Shown here in pieces: positions 59,788 through 64,000 of a DNA stretch of 64,000 nt. The notes below the pieces were generated by a model, which saw only the letters and a list, made by a program, of their open reading frames with translations, did not search any database and was not told the DNA's origin. The DNA is from Candidatus Methanomethylophilaceae archaeon. GTDB taxonomy: Archaea; Thermoplasmatota; Thermoplasmata; Methanomassiliicoccales; Methanomethylophilaceae. The stretch's first letter is position 1; every line of letters starts with the position of its first letter. The position numbers were made by a program, and so were the translations under genes. Where the stretch lies: the NCBI GenBank assembly GCA_050950505.1, contig JBMNHS010000001.1:1-64000 (forward strand), in the 5' to 3' direction.

Positions 59788-60171
59788 ATGGAAGAAGATC
59801 CCAGACAGCGGGAACTCACTGAGAAAATACTCGCTGCCATCAAAAAAGAATACGGATTCATACCTCTTATCAACCAGGTTCTGGCCGAGCGTCCGGATCT
59901 GTTCGTGCCCGCCGCAAATCTCGGCCGGGCCGCCGTCGAAGGCAGAGGCGTTATGGAGAAGAAAACCAGATACCTCTGCGCTCTGGCTGCCGCGTCCGCG
60001 GAAGGCGCCGAACACTGCATAAGAGTTCAGGTCGAACATGCCATGAGGGAAGGCGCCACCAAAGACGAGATTCTCGAGGCCATGGTAATAGGGTCCTACA
60101 TGTCGATGACGAAAGCCCAATCCTACGCGTTCAGGGAATACGCCAAGATATTCAACTTGAATACGGAATAA
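59788..60171 (+). CDS. Carboxymuconolactone decarboxylase/AhpD family protein
   Basis: YGFIP, KTRYL.AL.AA, C...VEHA..EGAT.DEI.EA. Confidence 0.85.
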   Translation: MEEDPRQRELTEKILAAIKKEYGFIPLINQVLAERPDLFVPAANLGRAAVEGRGVMEKKTRYLCALAAASAEGAEHCIRVQVEHAMREGATKDEILEAMVIGSYMSMTKAQSYAFREYAKIFNLNTE

Positions 60172-60234
60172 GTAACAATAGTTAAGTATAATGAATAATT
60201 TATATACCTTAAATACAACAGAGGCGTGATACAA

Positions 60235-60558
60235 ATGGTAAAAATAACACCCGAAGCAGAGAAGTTCATTGTTGAACTTCTTGAAAAGAACAACAAGCAG
60301 AACCACGGCATCAAGATTTACCTTTCGGGTTTCGGATGCTCCGGACCCCAGTTCGGAATGTCCTTCCAGGAAACCGAGTCCGAAGGGGACATCGTCGACA
60401 CCGTTTCCGATGCGTTCAAAATATTCTATGACGAAGAAACCGCGGGACCCCTCGGGAACTGCGTCATCGAGTTCATAGACGATCCGAACTTCGGCACCGG
60501 CCTCACCATACGTGACCCCGACGCAGTGATGAACTGTTCATCCTGCTCCGGCTGCTGA
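60235..60558 (+). CDS. HesB/IscA-like Fe-S cluster protein
   Basis: ITPEA, GCSGP.FGM, GD, C-terminal CSSCSGC. Confidence 0.85.
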   Translation: MVKITPEAEKFIVELLEKNNKQNHGIKIYLSGFGCSGPQFGMSFQETESEGDIVDTVSDAFKIFYDEETAGPLGNCVIEFIDDPNFGTGLTIRDPDAVMNCSSCSGC

Positions 60559-60644
60559 GTCCGTAGAACACAACGGACAAACTCCATTGCGGGCGCCCGC
60601 TCATCACCCGGACGCCCGCTCTTATTTCTTCATTTTCAACTTTG

Positions 60645-60667
60645 CACACACACACATACACACACAC
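60645..60667. repeat. (CA)n dinucleotide microsatellite, one interruption
   Basis: cacacacacacatacacacacac. Confidence 0.8.
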
Positions 60668-60730
60668 CGGTGCACTTTCGGCCATCCCCCTGTTACCCTT
60701 TTATTCTAAGCCTTCTTATTCACTGACGGA

Positions 60731-62293
60731 ATGAAGTATCTGTCTCACCCTCGGATAGTTCCCGAAAAAATAGAAGAACGGGAGTATCAGGTATCGATGG
60801 CGAAAGGTTGTCTCAGTGACGACACTTTGGTTATTCTTCCGACGGGACTCGGAAAAACCGTAATCGCCCTCTATGTGGCCGCATGCATACTGGAACGGGG
60901 AAAAAAGGTTCTGATGGTGGCGCCCACCAAACCTCTGACGGATCAGCACGGGGCTTTTTTCAGCGAGAATCTTCTGAACACGGAAGTCGGAGTCATAAAC
61001 GGCGGAATGAAACCGGAACTGCGCAAATCCGTCATAGAGAATTCGGATTTGATAGTGTCCACCCCGCAGACCGTCGCCAACGATTTGGAAAACGGACGTT
61101 ACGATTTGGAAGAATTCGGGCTGGTCATTTACGACGAGGCCCACAGGGGAACCGGCAATTACGCATACGTGACGGTTGCGGAACACTGCGGAAGCGGAAT
61201 ATTGTCCATGGGCGTGACCGCATCCCCGGGAAGCGACATAAGAAAAATCGAAGATATCTGCAAAAATCTCGGTTTCGTGCGCATCGACGTCAGGGACGAT
61301 GACGACCCGGACGTCTCCCCGTACATTTTTGACACATACATCAAAAGAGTGGAGGTGGGAATGCCCCAGGATCTCACCGATATCATAGACCTGCTCCGGG
61401 GGCTTCTGGACCATTACGTGATTGAACTGACGAATCTGGGATTGTTCAATCCTCACTGGCCTCCTTCGACCAAGCACATGCTCGTGGTGGGGGAAACGCT
61501 TCAAAGAAGACTTGCCAGAGGGGAAAAGACCGCCATAGTGTTCAGGGGGTTGGTGGTCCACGCAATCTGCCTGAAGCTTCTCCATGCGATAAGCCTGGCC
61601 GAGACCCAGGGGATGAGCGCCCTCCGTTCGTATATTCTGAAAATCGAAAAGGATTCGGAAAAAGTCAAAGCCAGCAAAGGAACCGTAGAGATGGTGGAAC
61701 GGGAGGAATACAAAAAAATGATGAAAATCGCCATGAATTCCCCCGTGGAACATCCGAAAATATCCAGAGTCATGGGTATTGTCAGCAGAGTTCTGAATTC
61801 GTCGGAAACCTCAAAGGTGCTGGTGTTCACCCAATACAGGGATACCTGCGACATGCTGGTGGAAAAACTGTCCCTGATTCCCGGCGCAAGAGTCGGCAAA
61901 CTCATAGGCCAGTCCAAAGGCGGACTGAAACAGAGGGAACAGATAGAAGTGTTGGAAAAATTCCATTCCGGAGTCTGCAACGTGTTGGTATCCACTTCGG
62001 TTGGGGAAGAGGGTCTGGATGTCGCCAGTACCGATGCCGTGGTTTTCTACGAACCCGTTCCTTCCGAAATACGGACGATCCAGAGGAGAGGACGGACGGG
62101 CAGAAGCGACGACGGCGAGGTGTACGTGCTGGTGGCCAAAGGAACCATTGACGAAGTTTTCGAAAGATCCAGCAAAAAGAAAGAAGAACTCATGAGAAGC
62201 CGTTTGGAAAGTCTGAGCAAAACCCTGAAGGACAAAGTCCTCCCGGGCAAAGACAACGGGCAGAGAACGCTCGTGGACTTTGAAAATGATTAA
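60731..62293 (+). CDS. Hef/FANCM-type DEAH helicase without ERCC4 nuclease domain
   Basis: REYQ, PTGLGKT, DEAHR..GNYAY, TASPG, HPK, EEGLD, IQRRGRTGR; C-terminal QRTLVDF. Confidence 0.9.
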   Translation: MKYLSHPRIVPEKIEEREYQVSMAKGCLSDDTLVILPTGLGKTVIALYVAACILERGKKVLMVAPTKPLTDQHGAFFSENLLNTEVGVINGGMKPELRKSVIENSDLIVSTPQTVANDLENGRYDLEEFGLVIYDEAHRGTGNYAYVTVAEHCGSGILSMGVTASPGSDIRKIEDICKNLGFVRIDVRDDDDPDVSPYIFDTYIKRVEVGMPQDLTDIIDLLRGLLDHYVIELTNLGLFNPHWPPSTKHMLVVGETLQRRLARGEKTAIVFRGLVVHAICLKLLHAISLAETQGMSALRSYILKIEKDSEKVKASKGTVEMVEREEYKKMMKIAMNSPVEHPKISRVMGIVSRVLNSSETSKVLVFTQYRDTCDMLVEKLSLIPGARVGKLIGQSKGGLKQREQIEVLEKFHSGVCNVLVSTSVGEEGLDVASTDAVVFYEPVPSEIRTIQRRGRTGRSDDGEVYVLVAKGTIDEVFERSSKKKEELMRSRLESLSKTLKDKVLPGKDNGQRTLVDFEND

Positions 62294-62317
62294 TAACTTC
62301 ACGGATATGAACGTACC

Positions 62318-64000
62318 ATGCTTTTCAAGGACCTGGCCGATACTTTCGACCGCATAGAGGCGGAACCCAGCCGCCTTGCTATGACGGCCATACTTTCGGA
62401 TTTCTTCAGATCCGTCGAAACCGACGAAATATCCGACGTGGTGTTTCTGACCCAGGGCAAACTCCGCCCGGATTTCTATCCTCAGGTACTCGGCATGTCC
62501 GACAAACTCATCATAAAAGCGATATCTTCCACCGTGGGAATGTCCGAATCCGAGGTGACCGAAGCCGTCATTGAGGAAGGCGATCCGGGATCCGCCGCTG
62601 AAAAACTGATTACGAACAAGAAACAGATGGCCCTGTTCTCCGACCCGTTGACTTTGAGAAGAGTGGTAAACGGACTTGCGGACATAGAGAACGCGGAAGG
62701 AAAGGACTCCCAAAACAGAAAAACGAAACTTCTGTCCAATCTTCTCCATGACTCGGAACCTGTGGAAGCCAGATACCTGTGCCGCATCGTGACGGGGAAG
62801 ATGAGGGTCGGCGCCGGAGCCATGACCGTTCTGGACGCTCTGGCCGATGCTTTTTCGAAAAAGGAAGACCGTCCCGAAATCGAACGTGCGTACAACATAA
62901 CCAGTGATTTGGGGCGTGTCGCGCACACCGTCGCCGAAGGCGGCATGGAAGCCATCAGGGCAATCGAAGTCAGCGTCGGAAGTCCGTTGAAAGTCATGCT
63001 GGCCGAACGTCTGCGGTCGATTCCGGAAACCGTGGAAAAACTCGGCGGAAAATGTGCCATGGAATACAAATACGACGGAATCAGAATTCAGGCCCACATC
63101 AAAAAGGATTCCGTGAAACTTTACTCCCGAAGACTGGAGGACATGACTTCCAACTTCCCGGACGTGGCCGAAGCCCTCCGGGCCCAATGCAAAGCGGATG
63201 AAGCCATAGTCGAAGGGGAGGCCGTCGCCGTTGACGGTGAAACGGGAAGCATGCTTCCTTTCCAAGAGGTTACTCACCGCAGAAAGAAACACGGCATAGA
63301 TGACGCGGTCAAAGAATACCCCGTACGTATGTTTCTCTTCGATTTGCTTTATCTCGACGGCAAAGACATGACTCCCGAGCCTTATCTCGACCGCCGCGGA
63401 GCCATAGAGGAAAATTTCGAAATTGCCGGAAACATCACCATGACCACCATGAGAATCGTCTCATCGCCGGAGGAAGGACAACAATTTTTCGACGAAGCTT
63501 TGGCGGCCAGATGCGAAGGGATAATGGCCAAATCAATAACGGAGGAATCCGTGTACCGGGCAGGAGCCAGAGGCTTCCTTTGGATAAAATACAAAAAGGA
63601 TTATCAGCAGGCTCTGGTGGACACTTTCGATCTCGCCGTCGTGGGGGCGTTCTACGGCATGGGAAAAAGAGCTGGAAAATACGGCGCGTTGCTGATGGCC
63701 GCTTATGACGAAGACACCGGAACCTTCGGAACCGTATGCAAACTCGGGACCGGGTTCGACGATGAATTTCTGGACCGGCTTCCCGAGATGCTTGAACCCT
63801 ACAGAAACGAAAAAATGCCTTCTTCGGTGGAAGCCAAGATGATTCCCGACGTTTGGTTCAATCCCAACATAATACTCGAAGTGACTGGGGCGGAGATCAG
63901 CGTAAGTCCGATACACACGGCCTCGATGGACCATGTGAAAAAAGAGTCGGGGCTTGGAATCAGATTCCCCAGATTCACCGGCAGGGTCCGCAACGACAAA
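62318..64000 (+). CDS. lig: ATP-dependent DNA ligase (3'-truncated by the window edge; absent from the ORF track)
   Basis: Translated by hand: MLFKDLADTFDRIE..., EYKYDGIRIQ at 63062, EGIMAK, YRAGARG..WIKYKKDY, IRFPRF. Confidence 0.95.
   Translation, partial: MLFKDLADTFDRIEAEPSRLAMTAILSDFFRSVETDEISDVVFLTQGKLRPDFYPQVLGMSDKLIIKAISSTVGMSESEVTEAVIEEGDPGSAAEKLITNKKQMALFSDPLTLRRVVNGLADIENAEGKDSQNRKTKLLSNLLHDSEPVEARYLCRIVTGKMRVGAGAMTVLDALADAFSKKEDRPEIERAYNITSDLGRVAHTVAEGGMEAIRAIEVSVGSPLKVMLAERLRSIPETVEKLGGKCAMEYKYDGIRIQAHIKKDSVKLYSRRLEDMTSNFPDVAEALRAQCKADEAIVEGEAVAVDGETGSMLPFQEVTHRRKKHGIDDAVKEYPVRMFLFDLLYLDGKDMTPEPYLDRRGAIEENFEIAGNITMTTMRIVSSPEEGQQFFDEALAARCEGIMAKSITEESVYRAGARGFLWIKYKKDYQQALVDTFDLAVVGAFYGMGKRAGKYGALLMAAYDEDTGTFGTVCKLGTGFDDEFLDRLPEMLEPYRNEKMPSSVEAKMIPDVWFNPNIILEVTGAEISVSPIHTASMDHVKKESGLGIRFPRFTGRVRNDK

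Noticed and set aside
60235-60558. Selenocysteine in the HesB-like protein
   Set aside because: The motif has Cys (GCSG) and the TGA lies at the natural C-terminus.
1-64000. CRISPR arrays, transposases, integrases, prophage, rRNA
   Set aside because: No regularly spaced repeats or recognisable mobile-element or rRNA sequences seen.
1-64000. Genome-wide recoding of TAG as Pyl in non-methyltransferase genes
   Set aside because: No other gene here is interrupted by TAG; scarcity of TAG stops is compatible with recoding but cannot prove it from this window.

Overview
Archaeal chromosomal window, most likely a Methanomassiliicoccales methanogen (N-terminally truncated PylRS, Methanomethylophilus-type tRNA-Pyl, Rh50 beside methylamine genes). 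3.2-16.6 kb (- strand) is a methylamine/pyrrolysine island: mtbC-mtbB(amber), Rh50-type channel, mtmC-mtmB(amber), an orphan MttC-like corrinoid protein, pylT-pylS-pylB-pylC-pylD and ramA. To its left are three paralogous secreted proteins with SipW/TasA-like signal peptides, one apparently frameshifted. The rest is mostly housekeeping: ABC-F, CPA2 antiporter, homocitrate synthase, pelota, carAB, asd, his cluster, mtnP, hypF, cobamide salvage (cobT, cobY, cobS, cbiZ, cbiB, cobD), ABC-2 exporter, dcd, trm5, dph5, ADP-forming acetyl-CoA synthetase, Hef-type helicase and DNA ligase (truncated at the edge). There is also an uncharacterised corrinoid/MT2/Cys-rich/hydantoinase-like operon. Main leads: (1) pylB is the only one of 56 complete genes ending in TAG, 1 nt before the pylC start, which could be a pyrrolysine-sensing feedback switch; (2) an unannotated ~190-nt structured RNA candidate with its own TATA box at 58.7-58.9 kb; (3) a ~440-nt hairpin-rich leader with a coupled uORF before Rh50; (4) the orphan methyltransferase operon; (5) a tRNA-Pyl with G37. 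All calls come from reading motifs by eye; no searches or folding programs were run.
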